Assembly (NCBI RefSeq): GCF_009914755.1
Contig: NC_060927.1
Length of the DNA stretch: 64,000 nt
From: the human T2T-CHM13v2.0 reference genome, Homo sapiens
Direction: 5' to 3' (one strand)
Shown: positions 36,201 through 51,200 of the stretch, one piece after another
How positions within the stretch are numbered: the stretch's first letter is position 1
How the letters are laid out: the number at the start of each line of letters is the position of its first letter
Program-made: the position numbers and the translations under genes
The notes under the pieces: model-generated
Database searches by the model: none
What the model saw: the letters and a program-made list of their open reading frames with translations, nothing else
Told to the model about the DNA's origin: nothing

Positions 36201-39200
36201 ATGAAAAGAAAGGTTAAACTCTGTGAGTTGAATGCACATATCACAAAGTAGTTCCTGAGAATGATTCTGTCTAGTTTTTATACGAAGATATTTCCTTTTC
36301 CACCAATGGCCTCAAAGTGCTTGAAATCTCCCCTTGCAAATTCCACAGACAAGTGTTTCAAATCTGCACTGCCTAAAGGAAGGTTCAACCCTGTGAGTTG
36401 AATACACACACACAGAAACAAATTCACTGAGAATTCTATTGTCTATCATTACACGAAGAAATCCCGTTTACTACGAAGGCCTCAAAGAGGTCCAAATATC
36501 CAGCTGCAGACATTACAAACTGAGTGTTTCCAAAGTGCTCTATGAAAAGAAGTGTTAAACACTGTGAGTTCAATGCACACATCCCAAAGCAGTTTCTGAG
36601 AATGATTCCGTCTATTTTTTCTACGAAGATATTTCCTTTTCTGCCGTTGGCCTCAAAGCGCTTGAAATCTCCACTTGCAAATTCCACAAAAAGAGAGTTT
36701 CAAATCTGCTCTGTCTAAAGGCAGGTTCAACTCTGTGAGTTGAATTCACACCACAAAAAGAAGTTACTGAGAATTCTTCTGTCTAGCATTATATGAAAAA
36801 TCCCGTTTCCAACGAAGGCCACAAAGAGGTCCAAATATCCACTTGCAGATTCTGCAAAAAGAGTGTTTCCAAACTGCTCTATGTAAAGAAACGTTAAACT
36901 CTGTGAGTTGAACGCAAACATCACAAAGTAGTTTCTGAGAATGACTCCATCTAGTTTTTATACGAAGATATTTCCTTTCCTACCATTCACTTCAAAGCGC
37001 TTGAAGTCTCCCCCTGAAAATTCCACAAAAAGTGTTTCCAATCTGCTCCGCCTAAAGGAAGCTTCAACTCTGTGACTTGAATACCCACAACCCAAAGAAG
37101 TTACTGAGAATTCTTCTGTCTAGCATTATATGAAGAAATCCCGTTTCCAACGAAGGCCTCAAATACATCCAAATATCCAGTTGCTGACTTTACAAACTGA
37201 GTGTTTCCAAACTGCTCTATGAAAAGAAAGGTTAAACACTGTGAGTTGAACACACACGTACCAAAGTAGTTTCTGAGAATGATTCTGTCTAGTTTGCATA
37301 CGAAGATATTTCCTTTTCTACCATTGGCCTCAAAGCTCTGAAATCTCCACTTGCAAATTCCACAAAAAGAGAGTTTCAAATCTGCTGTTTCTAAAGGAAA
37401 GTTCAACTCTGAGAGTTGAATACACACCAGAAAAAGCAGTTACTGAGAAGTCTTCTGTCTAGCATTATATGAAGAAATCCCATTTCCAACGAAGACTTCA
37501 AAGAGGTCCAAATATCCACTTGCAGATTCTGCAAAAAGTGTGTTTCGAAACAACTGTATGAAAAGAAAGGTTAAACACTGTGAGTTGAACGCACACATTG
37601 CAAAGCAGTTTCTGAGAATGATTCCGTCTAATTATTATACGAAGGTATTTCCTTTTCTATCATTGGCCTCAAAGCGCTTGATACCTCCACCTGAAAATTC
37701 CACAAAAAGAGTGTTTCCAATCTACTCTGTCTAAAGGAACGTTCAACTCTGTGAGTTGAATACACACACACAGAAAGAATTCACTGAGAATTCTTCTGTC
37801 TGGCATTACATGAAGAAATCCCGTTTCCAACGAAGGCCTCAAAGAGGTCCAAATATCCACTTGCAGATTCTGCAAAAAGAGTGTTTCAAAACCGCTCCAT
37901 TAAAAGGAATGTTGAACTCTGTGAGTTGAATGCAAACATCACAACTCAGTTGCTGAGAATGCTTCTGACTAGATTTTATGGTAAGATATTTCCTTTTCTA
38001 CCGAAGGCTTCAATGCCCTCTAAATACACCCTTGCAAATTCTACAAAGAGACTGTTTCATAACTGCTCTATAGGAAGAAAGGTTCAACTCTGTGAGTTGA
38101 ATGCAGAGATCACAACGTGGTTTCTGCGAATGATTCTTTGTAGTTTTTACATGAGGATATTTCGTTGTCAACCGTAGGCTTCAAAGCACTCAAAGTATTC
38201 ACTTGGAACTTTTACAAAAAGAGTGTTAGAAAACTGCTCTTTCCAAAGTAAGGTTCAACTCTGTGAGTTGAATGCACACATAACAATCAAGAAGTTTCTG
38301 AGAATTCTTCTGTCCTGGTTTATATGAAGAAATCCCGTTTCCAACGAAGGCCTCAAAGACGTTTAAATATCCACTTGCAGACTTCACAAACAGAGTGTTT
38401 CCAAACTGCTCTATGAAAAGAAAGGTTAAACTCTGTGAGTTGAACGCACACATCACAAAGTAGCTTCTGAGAATGATACTGTCTAGTTTTTATACGTAGA
38501 TATTTCCTTTCTACCATTGGCGTCAAAGCGCTAGAATTCTCCACTTGCAAATTCCACAAAAAGAGTGTTTCCAATCTGCTCTGTCTAAAGGAAGGTTCAA
38601 CTCTGTGAGTTGAATACACACACACAAAGAAGCTACTGAGAATTCTTTTGTCAAGAATTATAAGAAGAAATCCCGTTTCCAACGAAGGCCTCAAAGAGTT
38701 CCAAATATCCACTTGCACACTGCACAAACTAAGTCTTTCCAAACTGCTCTATGCAAAGAAATGTTCAACTCTGTGAGTTTAATACACACATCACAAAGCA
38801 GTTTCTGAGAATGATACTGTCTAGTTTTTATACGAAGATATTTCCTTTTGTACCATTGGCCTCATACTGCTAGAATTTTCCACTTGCAAATTCCACAAAA
38901 AGAGTGTTTCCAATCCGCTCTGTCTAAAGGAAGGTTCAACTCTCTGATTTGAATACATACATCCCAAAAGAAGTTACTGAGAATTCTTCTGTCTAGCAGT
39001 ATGTGAAGAAATCCCGTTTCCAACGAAAGCCTCAAAGAGGTCCAAATATCCAGTTGCAGAATTTACAAACTGACTGTTTCCAAACTCATCTATGAAAAGA
39101 AAGGTTAAACTCTGTGAGTTGAATGCACATATCACAAAGTAGTTCCTGAGAATGATTCTGTCTAGTTTTTATACGAAGATATTTCCTTTTCCACCAATGG

Positions 39201-42200
39201 CCTCAAAGTGCTTGAAATCTCCCCTTGCAAATTCCACAGACAAGTGTTTCAAATCTGCACTGTCTAAAGGAAGGTTCAACCCTGTGAGTTGAATACACAC
39301 ACCCAGAAACAAATTCACTGAGAATTCTATTGTCTATCATTACACGAAGAAATCCCGTTTACTACGAAGGCCTCAAAGAGGTCCAAATATCCAGCTGCAG
39401 ACATTACAAACTGAGTGTTTCCAAAGTGCTCTATGAAAAGAAGTGTTAAACACTGTGAGTTCAATGCACACATCCCAAAGCAGTTTCTGAGAATGATTCC
39501 GTCTATTTTTTCTACGAAGATATTTCCTTTTCTACCGTTGGCCTCAAAGCGCTTGAAATCTCCACTTGCAAATTCCACAAAAAGAGAGTTTCAAATCTGC
39601 TCTGTCTAAAGGAAGGTTCAACTCTGTGAGTTGAATACACACCACAAAAAGAAGTTACTGAGAATTCTTCTGTCTAGCATTATATGAAAAATCCCGTTTC
39701 CAACGAAGGCCACAAAGAGGTCCAAATATCCACTTGCAGATTCTGCAAAAAGAGTGTTTCCAAACTGCTCTATGAAAAGAAACGTTAAACTCTGTGAGTT
39801 GAACGCAAACATCACAAAGTAGTTTCTGAGAATGACTCCGTCTAGTTTTTATACGAAGATATTTCCTTTCCTACCATTCACTTCAAAGCGCTTGAAGTCT
39901 CCCCCTGAAAATTCCACAAAAAGTGTTTCCAATCTGCTCCGCCTAAAGGAAGCTTCAACTCTGTGAGTTGAATACCCACAACCCAAAGAAGTTACTGAGA
40001 ATTCTTCTGTCTAGCAGTATATGAAGAAATCCCGTTTCCAACGAAGGCCTCAAATACATCCAAATATCCAGTTGCTGACTTTACAAACTGAGTGTTTCCA
40101 AACTGCTCTATGAAAAGAAAGGTTAAACACTGTGAGTTGAACACACACGTACCAAAGTAGTTTCTGAGAATGATTCTGTCTAGTTTGCATACGAAGATAT
40201 TTCCTTTTCAACCATTGGCCTCAAAGCTCTGAAATCTCCACTTGCAAATTCCACAAAAAGAGAGTTTCAAATCTGCTGTTTCTAAAGGAAAGTTCAACTC
40301 TGAGAGTTGAATACACACCAGAAAAAGCAGTTACTGAGAAGTCTTCTGTCTAGCATTATATGAAGAAATCCCATTTCCAACGAAGACTTCAAAGAGGTCC
40401 AAATATCCACTTGCAGATTCTGCAAAAAGAGTGTTTCGAAACAACTGTATGAAAAGAAAGGTTAAACACTGTGAGTTGAACGCACACATTGCAAAGCAGT
40501 TTCTGAGAATGATTCCGTCTAATTATTATACGAAGGTATTTCCTTTTCTATCATTGGCCTCAAAGCGCTTGATACCTCCACCTGAAAATTCCACAAAAAG
40601 AGTGTTTCCAATCTACTCTGTCTAAAGGAACGTTCAACTCTGTGAGTTGAATACACACACACAGAAAGAATTCACTGAGAATTCTTCTGTCTGGCATTAC
40701 ATGAAGAAATCCCGTTTCCAACGAAGGCCTCAAAGAGGTCCAAATATCCACTTGCAGATTCTGCAAAAAGAGTGTTTCAAAACCGCTCCATTAAAAGGAA
40801 TGTTGAACTCTGTGAGTTGAATGCAAACATCACAACTCAGTTGCTGAGAATGCTTCTGACTAGATTTTAGGGTAAGATATTTCCTTTTCTACCGTAGGCT
40901 TCAATGCCCTCTAAATACACCCTTGCAAATTCTACAAAGAGACTGTTTCATAACTGCTCTATAGGAAGAAAGGTTCAACTCTGTGAGTTGAATGCAGAGA
41001 TCACAACGTGGTTTCTGCGAATGATTCTTTGTAGTTTTTACATGAGGATATTTCGTTGTCAACCGTAGGCTTCAAAGCACTCAAAGTATTCACTTGGAAC
41101 TTTTACAAAAAGAGTGTTAGAAAACTGCTCTTTCCAAAGTAAGGTTCAACTCTGTGAGTTGAATGCACACATAACAATCAAGAAGTTTCTGAGAATTCTT
41201 CTGTCCTGGTTTATATGAAAAAATCCCGTTTCCAACGAAGGCCTCAAAGACGTTTAAATATCCACTTGCAGACTTCACAAACAGAGTGTTTCCAAACTGC
41301 TCTATGAAAAGAAAGGTTAAACTCTGTGAGTTGAACGCACACATCACAAAGTAGTTTCTGAGAATGATACTGTCTAGTTTTTATACGAAGATATTTCCTT
41401 TCTACCATTGGCGTCAAAGCGCTAGAATTCTCCACTTGCAAATTCCACAAAAAGTGTGTTTCCAATCTGCTCTGTCTAAAGGAAGGTTCAACTCTGTGAG
41501 TTGAATACACACACACAAAGAAGCTACTGAGAATTCTTTTGTCAAGAATTATAAGAAGAAATCCCGTTTCCAACGAAGGCCTCAAAGAGTTCCAAATATC
41601 CACTTGCACACTGCACAAACTAAGTCTTTCCAAACTGCTCTATGCAAAGAAATGTTCAACTCTGTGAGTTTAATACACACATCACAAAGCAGTTTCTGAG
41701 AATGATACTGTCTAGTTTTTATACGAAGATATTTCCTTTTGTACCATTGGCCTCATACTGCTAGAATTTTCCACTTGCAAATTCCACAAAAAGAGTGTTT
41801 CCAATCCGCTCTGTCTAAAGGAAGGTTCAACTCTCTGATTTGAATACATACATCCCAAAAGAAGTTACTGAGAATTCTTCTGTCTAGCATTATGTGAAGA
41901 AATCCCGTTTCCAACGAAAGCCTCAAAGAGGTCCAAATATCCAGTTGCAGAATTTACAAACTGACTGTTTCCAAACTCATCTATGAAAAGAAAGGTTAAA
42001 CTCTGGGAGTTGAATGCACATATCACAAAGTAGTTCCTGAGAATGATTCTGTCTAGTTTTTATACGAAGATATTTCCTTTTCCACCAATGGCCTCAAAGT
42101 GCTTGAAATCTCCCCTTGCAAATTCCACAGACAAGTGTTTCAAATCTGCACTGTCTAAAGGAAGGTTCAACCCTGTGAGTTGAATACACACACACAGAAA

Positions 42201-45200
42201 CAAATTCACTGAGAATTCTATTCTCTATCAATACACGAAGAAATCCCGTTTACTACGAAGGCCTCAAAGAGGTCCAAATATCCAGCTGCAGACATTACAA
42301 ACTGAGTGTTTCCAAAGTGCTCTATGAAAAGAAGTGTTAAACACTGTGAGTTCAATGCACACATCCCAAAGCAGTTTCTGAGAATGATTCCGTCTATTTT
42401 TTCTACGAAGATATTTCCTTTTCTGCCGTTGGCCTCAAAGCGCTTGAAATCTCCACTTGCAAATTCCACAAAAAGAGAGTTTCAAATCTGCTCTGTCTAA
42501 AGGAAGGTTCAACTCTGTGAGTTGAATACACACCACAAAAAGAAGTTACTGAGAATTCTTCTGTCTAGCATTATATGAAAAATCCCGTTTCCAACGAAGG
42601 CCACAAAGAGGTCCAAATATCCACTTGCAGATTCTGCAAAAAGAGTGTTTCCAAACTGCTCTATGAAAAGAAACGTTAAACTCTGTGAGTTGAACGCAAA
42701 CATCACAAAGTAGTTTCTGAGAATGACTCCGTCTAGTTTTTATACGAAGATATTTCCTTTCCTACCATTCACTTCAAAGCGCTTGAAGTCTCCCCCTGAA
42801 AATTCCACAAAAAGTGTTTCCAATCTGCTCCGCCTAAAGGAAGCTTCAACTCTGTGAGTTGAATACCCACAACCCAAAGAAGTTACTGAGAATTCTTCTG
42901 TCTAGCATTATATGAAGAAATCCCGTTTCCAACGAAGGCCTCAAATACATCCAAATATCCAGTTGCTGACTTTACAAACTGAGTGTTTCCAAACTGCTCT
43001 ATGAAAAGAAAGGTTAAACACTGTGAGTTGAACACACACGTACCAAAGTAGTTTCTGAGAATGATTCTGTCTAGTTTGCATACGAAGATATTTCCTTTTC
43101 TACCAGTGGCCTCAAAGCTCTGAAATCTCCACTTGCAAATTCCACAAAAAGAGAGTTTCAAATCTGCTGTTTCTAAAGGAAAGTTCAACTCTGAGAGTTG
43201 AATACACACCAGAAAAAGCAGTTACTGAGAAGTCTTCTGTCTAGCATTATATGAAGAAATCCCATTTCCAACGAAGACTTCAAAGAGGTCCAAATATCCA
43301 CTTGCAGATTCTGCAAAAAGAGTGTTTCGAAACAACTGTATGAAAAGAAAGGTTAAACACTGTGAGTTGAACGCACACATTGCAAAGCAGTTTCTGAGAA
43401 TGATTCCGTCTAATTATTATACGAAGGTATTTCCTTTTCTATCATTGGCCTCAAAGCGCTTGATACCTCCACCTGAAAATTCCACAAAAAGAGTGTTTCC
43501 AATCTACTCTGTCTAAAGGAACGTTCAACTCTGTGAGTTGAATACACACACACAGAAAGAATTCACTGAGAATTCTTCTGTCTGGCATTACATGAAGAAA
43601 TCCCGTTTCCAACGAAGGCCTCAAAGAGGTCCAAATATCCACTTGCAGATTCTGCAAAAAGAGTGTTTCAAAACCGCTCCATTAAAAGGAATGTTGAACT
43701 CTGTGAGTTGAATGCAAACATCACAACTCAGTTGCTGAGAATGCTTCTGACTAGATTTTATGGTAAGATATTTCCTTTTCTACCGTAGGCTTCAATGCCC
43801 TCTAAATACACCCTTGCAAATTCTACAAAGAGACTGTTTCATAACTGCTCTATAGGAAGAAAGGTTCAACTCTGTGAGTTGAATGCAGAGATCACAACGT
43901 GGTTTCTGCGAATGATTCTTTGTAGTTTTTACATGAAGATATTTCGTTGTCAACCGTAGGCTTCAAAGCACTCAAAGTATTCACTTGGAACTTTTACAAA
44001 AAGAGTGTTAGAAAACTGCTCTTTCCAAAGTAAGGTTCAACTCTGTGAGTTGAATGCACACATAACAATCAAGAAGTTTCTGAGAATTCTTCTGTCCTGG
44101 TTTATATGAACAAATCCCGTTTCCAACGAAGGCCTCAAAGACGTTTAAATATCCACTTGCAGACTTCACAAACAGAGTGTTTCCAAACTGCTCTATGAAA
44201 AGAAAGGTTAAACTCTGTGAGTTGAACGCACACATCACAAAGTAGTTTCTGAGAATGATACTGTCTAGTTTTTATACGAAGATATTTCCTTTCTACCATT
44301 GGCGTCAAAGCGCTAGAATTCTCCACTTGCAAATTCCACAAAAAGAGTGTTTCCAATCTGCTCTGTCTCAAGGAAGGTTCAACTCTGTGAGTTGAATACA
44401 CACACACAAAGAAGCTACTGAGAATTCTTTTGTCAAGAATTATAAGAAGAAATCCCGTTTCCAACGAAGGCCTCAAAGAGTTCCAAATATCCACTTGCAC
44501 ACTGCACAAACTAAGTCTTTCCAAACTGCTCTATGCAAAGAAATGTTCAACTCTGTGAGTTTAATACACACATCACAAAGCAGTTTCTGAGAATGATACT
44601 GTCTAGTTTTTATACGAAGATATTTCCTTTTGTACCATTGGCCTCATACTGCTAGAATTTTCCACTTGCAAATTCCACAAAAAGAGTGTTTCCAATCCGC
44701 TCTGTCTAAAGGAAGGTTCAACTCTCTGATTTGAATACATACATCCCAAAAGAAGTTACTGAGAATTCTTCTGTCTAGCATTATGTGAAGAAATCCCGTT
44801 TCCAACGAAAGCCTCAAAGAGGTCCAAATATCCAGTTGCAGAATTTACAAACTGACTGTTTCCAAACTCATCTATGAAAAGAAAGGTTAAACTCTGGGAG
44901 TTGAATGCACATATCACAAAGTAGTTCCTGAGAATGATTCTGTCTAGTTTTTATACGAAGATATTTCCTTTTCCACCAATGGCCTCAAAGTGCTTGAAAT
45001 CTCCCCTTGCAAATTCCACAGACAAGTGTTTCAAATCTGCACTGTCTAAAGGAAGGTTCAACCCTGTGAGTTGAATACACACACACAGAAAAAAATTCAC
45101 TGAGAATTCTATTGTCTATCATTACACGAAGAAATCCCGTTTACTACGAAGGCCTCAAAGAGGTCCAAATATCCAGCTGCAGACATTACAAACTGAGTGT

Positions 45201-48200
45201 TTCCAAAGTGCTCTATGAAAAGAAGTGTTAAACACTGTGAGTTCAATGCACACATCCCAAAGCAGTTTCTGAGAATGATTCCGTCTATTTTTTCTACGAA
45301 GATATTTCCTTTTCTGCCGTTGGCCTCAAAGCGCTTGAAATCTCCACTTGCAAATTCCACAAAAAGAGAGTTTCAAATCTGCTCTGTCTAAAGGAAGGTT
45401 CAACTCTGTGAGTTGAATACACACCACAAAAAGAAGTTACTGAGAATTCTTCTGTCTAGCATTATATGAAAAATCCCGTTTCCAACGAAGGCCACAAAGA
45501 GGTCCAAATATCCACTTGCAGATTCTGCAAAAAGAGTGTTTCCAAACTGCTCTATGAAAAGAAACGTTAAACTCTGTGAGTTGAACGCAAACATCACAAA
45601 GTAGTTTCTGAGAATGACTCCGTCTAGTTTTTATACGAAGATATTTCCTTTTCTACCATTCACTTCAAAGCGCTTGAAGTCTCCCCCTGAAAATTCCACA
45701 AAAAGTGTTTCCAATCTGCTCCGCCTAAAGGAAGCTTCAACTCTGTGAGTTGAATACCCACAACCCAAAGAAGTTACTGAGAATTCTTCTGTCTAGCAGT
45801 ATATGAAGAAATCCCGTTTCCAACGAAGGCCTCAAATACATCCAAATATCCAGTTGCTGACTTTACAAACTGAGTGTTTCCAAACTGCTCTATGAAAAGA
45901 AAGGTTAAACACTGTGAGTTGAACACACACGTACCAAAGTAGTTTCTGAGAATGATTCTGTCTAGTTTGCATACGAAGATATTTCCTTTTCTACCAGTGG
46001 CCTCAAAGCTCTGAAATCTCCACTTGCAAATTCCACAAAAAGAGAGTTTCAAATCTGCTGTTTCTAAAGGAAAGTTCAACTCTGAGAGTTGAATACACAC
46101 CAGAAAAAGCAGTTACTGAGAAGTCTTCGGTCTAGCATTATATGAAGAAATCCCATTTCCAACGAAGACTTCAAAGAGGTCCAAATATCCACTTGCAGAT
46201 TCTGCAAAAAGAGTGTTTCGAAACAACTGTATGAAAAGAAAGGTTAAACACTGTGAGTTGAACGCACACATTGCAAAGCAGTTTCTGAGAATGATTCCGT
46301 CTAATTATTATACGAAGGTATTTCCTTTTCTATCATTGGCCTCAAAGCGCTTGATACCTCCACCTGAAAATTCCACAAAAAGAGTGTTTCCAATCTACTC
46401 TGTCTAAAGGAACGTTCAACTCTGTGAGTTGAATACACACACACAGAAAGAATTCACTGAGAATTCTTCTGTCTGGCATTACATGAAGAAATCCCGTTTC
46501 CAACGAAGGCCTCAAAGAGGTCCAAATATCCACTTGCAGATTCTGCAAAAAGAGTGTTTCAAAACCGCTCCATTAAAAGGAATGTTGAACTCTGTGAGTT
46601 GAATGCAAACATCACAACTCAGTTGCTGAGAATGCTTCTGACTAGATTTTATGGTAAGATATTTCCTTTTCTACCGTAGGCTTCAATGCCCTCTAAATAC
46701 ACCCTTGCAAATTCTACAAAGAGACTGTTTCATAACTGCTCTATAGGAAGAAAGGTTCAACTCTGTGAGTTGAATGCAGAGATCACAACGTGGTTTCTGC
46801 GAATGATTCTTTGTAGTTTTTACATGAAGATATTTCGTTGTCAACCGTAGGCTTCAAAGCACTCAAAGTATTCACTTGGAACTTTTACAAAAAGAGTGTT
46901 AGAAAACTGCTCTTTCCAAAGTAAGGTTCAACTCTGTGAGTTGAATGCACACATAACAATCAAGAAGTTTCTGAGAATTCTTCTGTCCTGGTTTATATGA
47001 ACAAATCCCGTTTCCAACGAAGGCCTCAAAGACGTTTAAATATCCACTTGCAGACTTCACAAACAGAGTGTTTCCAAACTGCTCTATGAAAAGAAAGGTT
47101 AAACTCTGTGAGTTGAACGCACACATCACAAAGTAGTTTCTGAGAATGATACTGTCTAGTTTTTATACGAAGATATTTCCTTTCTACCATTGGCGTCAAA
47201 GCGCTAGAATTCTCCACTTGCAAATTCCACAAAAAGAGTGTTTCCAATCTGCTCTGTCTAAAGGAAGGTTCAACTCTGTGAGTTGAATACACACACACAA
47301 AGAAGCTACTGAGAATTCTTTTGTCAAGAATTATAAGAAGAAATCCCGTTTCCAACGAAGGCCTCAAAGAGTTCCAAATATCCACTTGCACACTGCACAA
47401 ACTAAGTCTTTCCAAACTGCTCTATGCAAAGAAATGTTCAACTCTGTGAGTTTAATACACACATCACAAAGCAGTTTCTGAGAATGATACTGTCTAGTTT
47501 TTATACGAAGATATTTCCTTTTGTACCATTGGCCTCATACTGCTAGAATTTTCCACTTGCAAATTCCACAAAAAGAGTGTTTCCAATCCGCTCTGTCTAA
47601 AGGAAGGTTCAACTCTCTGATTTGAATACATACATCCCAAAAGAAGTTACTGAGAATTCTTCTGTCTAGCATTATGTGAAGAAATCCCGTTTCCAACGAA
47701 AGCCTCAAAGAGGTCCAAATATCCAGTTGCAGAATTTACAAACTGACTGTTTCCAAACTCATCTATGAAAAGAAAGGTTAAACTCTGTGAGTTGAATGCA
47801 CATATCACAAAGTAGTTCCTGAGAATGATTCTGTCTAGTTTTTATACGAAGATATTTCCTTTTCCACCAATGGCCTCAAAGTGCTTGAAATCTCCCCTTG
47901 CAAATTCCACAGACAAGTGTTTCAAATCTGCACTGTCTAAAGGAAGGTTCAACCCTGTGAGTTGAATACACACACACAGAAACAAATTCACTGAGAATTC
48001 TATTGTCTATCAATACACGAAGAAATCCCGTTTACTACGAAGGCCTCAAAGAGGTCCAAATATCCAGCTGCAGACATTACAAACTGAGTGTTTCCAAAGT
48101 GCTCTATGAAAAGAAGTGTTAAACACTGTGAGTTCAATGCACACATCCCAAAGCAGTTTCTGAGAATGATTCCGTCTATTTTTTCTACGAAGATATTTCC

Positions 48201-51200
48201 TTTTCTGCCGTTGGCCTCAAAGCGCTTGAAATCGCCACTTGCAAATTCCACAAAAAGAGAGTTTCAAATCTGCTCTGTCTAAAGGAAGGTTCAACTCTGT
48301 GAGTTGAATACACACCACAAAAAGAAGTTACTGAGAATTCTTCTGTCTAGCATTATATGAAAAATCCCGTTTCCAACGAAGGCCACAAAGAGGTCCAAAT
48401 ATCCACTTGCAGATTCTGCAAAAAGAGTGTTTCCAAACTGCTCTATGAAAAGAAACGTTAAACTCTGTGAGTTGAACGCAAACATCACAAAGTAGTTTCT
48501 GAGAATGACTCCGTCTAGTTTTTATACGAAGATATTTCCTTTTCTACCATTCACTTCAAAGCGCTTGAAGTCTCCCCCTGAAAATTCCACAAAAAGTGTT
48601 TCCAATCTGCTCCGCCTAAAGGAAGCTTCAACTCTGTGAGTTGAATACCCACAACCCAAAGAAGTTACTGAGAATTCTTCTGTCTAGCAGTATATGAAGA
48701 AATCCCGTTTCCAACGAAGGCCTCAAATACATCCAAATATCCAGTTGCTGACTTTACAAACTGAGTGTTTCCAAACTGCTCTATGAAAAGAAAGGTTAAA
48801 CACTGTGAGTTGAACACACACGTACCAAAGTAGTTTCTGAGAATGATTCTGTCTAGTTTGCATACGAAGATATTTCCTTTTCTACCAGTGGCCTCAAAGC
48901 TCTGAAATCTCCACTTGCAAATTCCACAAAAAGAGAGTTTCAAATCTGCTGTTTCTAAAGGAAAGTTCAACTCTGAGAGTTGAATACACACCAGAAAAAG
49001 CAGTTACTGAGAAGTCTTCTGTCTAGCATTATATGAAGAAATCCCATTTCCAACGAAGACTTCAAAGAGGTCCAAATATCCACTTGCAGATTCTGCAAAA
49101 AGAGTGTTTCGAAACAACTGTATGAAAAGAAAGGTTAAACACTGTGAGTTGAACGCACACATTGCAAAGCAGTTTCTGAGAATGATTCCGTCTAATTATT
49201 ATACGAAGGTATTTCCTTTTCTATCATTGGCCTCAAAGCGCTTGATACCTCCACCTGAAAATTCCACAAAAAGAGTGTTTCCAATCTACTCTGTCTAAAG
49301 GAACGTTCAACTCTGTGAGTTGAATACACACACACAGAAAGAATTCACTGAGAATTCTTCTGTCTGGCATTACATGAAGAAATCCCGTTTCCAACGAAGG
49401 CCTCAAAGAGGTCCAAATATCCACTTGCAGATTCTGCAAAAAGAGTGTTTCAAAACCGCTCCATTAAAAGGAATGTTGAACTCTGTGAGTTGAATGCAAA
49501 CATCACAACTCAGTTGCTGAGAATGCTTCTGACTAGATTTTATGGTAAGATATTTCCTTTTCTACCGTAGGCTTCAATGCCCTCTAAATACACCCTTGCA
49601 AATTCTACAAAGAGACTGTTTCATAACTGCTCTATAGGAAGAAAGGTTCAACTCTGTGAGTTGAATGCAGAGATCACAACGTGGTTTCTGCGAATGATTC
49701 TTTGTAGTTTTTACATGAAGATATTTCGTTGTCAACCGTAGGCTTCAAAGCACTCAAAGTATTCACTTGGAACTTTTACAAAAAGAGTGTTAGAAAACTG
49801 CTCTTTCCAAAGTAAGGTTCAACTCTGTGAGTTGAATGCACACATAACAATCAAGAAGTTTCTGAGAATTCTTCTGTCCTGGTTTATATGAACAAATCCC
49901 GTTTCCAACGAAGGCCTCAAAGACGTTTAAATATCCACTTGCAGACTTCACAAACAGAGTGTTTCCAAACTGCTCTATGAAAAGAAAGGTTAAACTCTGT
50001 GAGTTGAACGCACACATCACAAAGTAGTTTCGGAGAATGATACTGTCTAGTTTTTATACGAAGATATTTCCTTTCTACCATTGGCGTCAAAGCGCTAGAA
50101 TTCTCCACTTGCAAATTCCACAAAAAGAGTGTTTCCAATCTGCTCTGTCTAAAGGAAGGTTCAACTCTGTGAGTTGAATACACACACACAAAGAAGCTAC
50201 TGAGAATTCTTTTGTCAAGAATTATAAGAAGAAATCCCGTTTCCAACGAAGGCCTCAAAGAGTTCCAAATATCCACTTGCACACTGCACAAACTAAGTCT
50301 TTCCAAACTGCTCTATGCAAAGAAATGTTCAACTCTGTGAGTTTAATACACACATCACAAAGCAGTTTCTGAGAATGATACTGTCTAGTTTTTATACGAA
50401 GATATTTCCTTTTGTACCATTGGCCTCATACTGCTAGAATTTTCCACTTGCAAATTCCACAAAAAGAGTGTTTCCAATCCGCTCTGTCTAAAGGAAGGTT
50501 CAACTCTCTGATTTGAATACATACATCCCAAAAGAAGTTACTGAGAATTCTTCTGTCTAGCATTATGTGAAGAAATCCCGTTTCCAACGAAAGCCTCAAA
50601 GAGGTCCAAATATCCAGTTGCAGAATTTACAAACTGACTGTTTCCAAACTCATCTATGAAAAGAAAGGTTAAACTCTGTGAGTTGAATGCACATATCACA
50701 AAGTAGTTCCTGAGAATGATTCTGTCTAGTTTTTATACGAAGATATTTCCTTTTCCACCAATGGCCTCAAAGTGCTTGAAATCTCCCCTTGCAAATTCCA
50801 CAGACAAGTGTTTCAAATCTGCACTGTCTAAAGGAAGGTTCAACCCTGTGAGTTGAATACACACACACAGAAACAAATTCACTGAGAATTCTATTGTCTA
50901 TCAATACACGAAGAAATCCCGTTTACTACGAAGGCCTCAAAGAGGTCCAAATATCCAGCTGCAGACATTACAAACTGAGTGTTTCCAAAGTGCTCTATGA
51001 AAAGAAGTGTTAAACACTGTGAGTTCAATGCACACATCCCAAAGCAGTTTCTGAGAATGATTCCGTCTATTTTTTCTACGAAGATATTTCCTTTTCTGCC
51101 GTTGGCCTCAAAGCGCTTGAAATCTCCACTTGCAAATTCCACAAAAAGAGAGTTTCAAATCTGCTCTGTCTAAAGGAAGGTTCAACTCTGTGAGTTGAAT

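Noticed and set aside
37881-38177. 98-aa plus-strand ORF unique to copy 14
   Set aside because: It arises from one SNV (ccgtag>ccgaag at ~38004) that removes a stop codon in satellite sequence.
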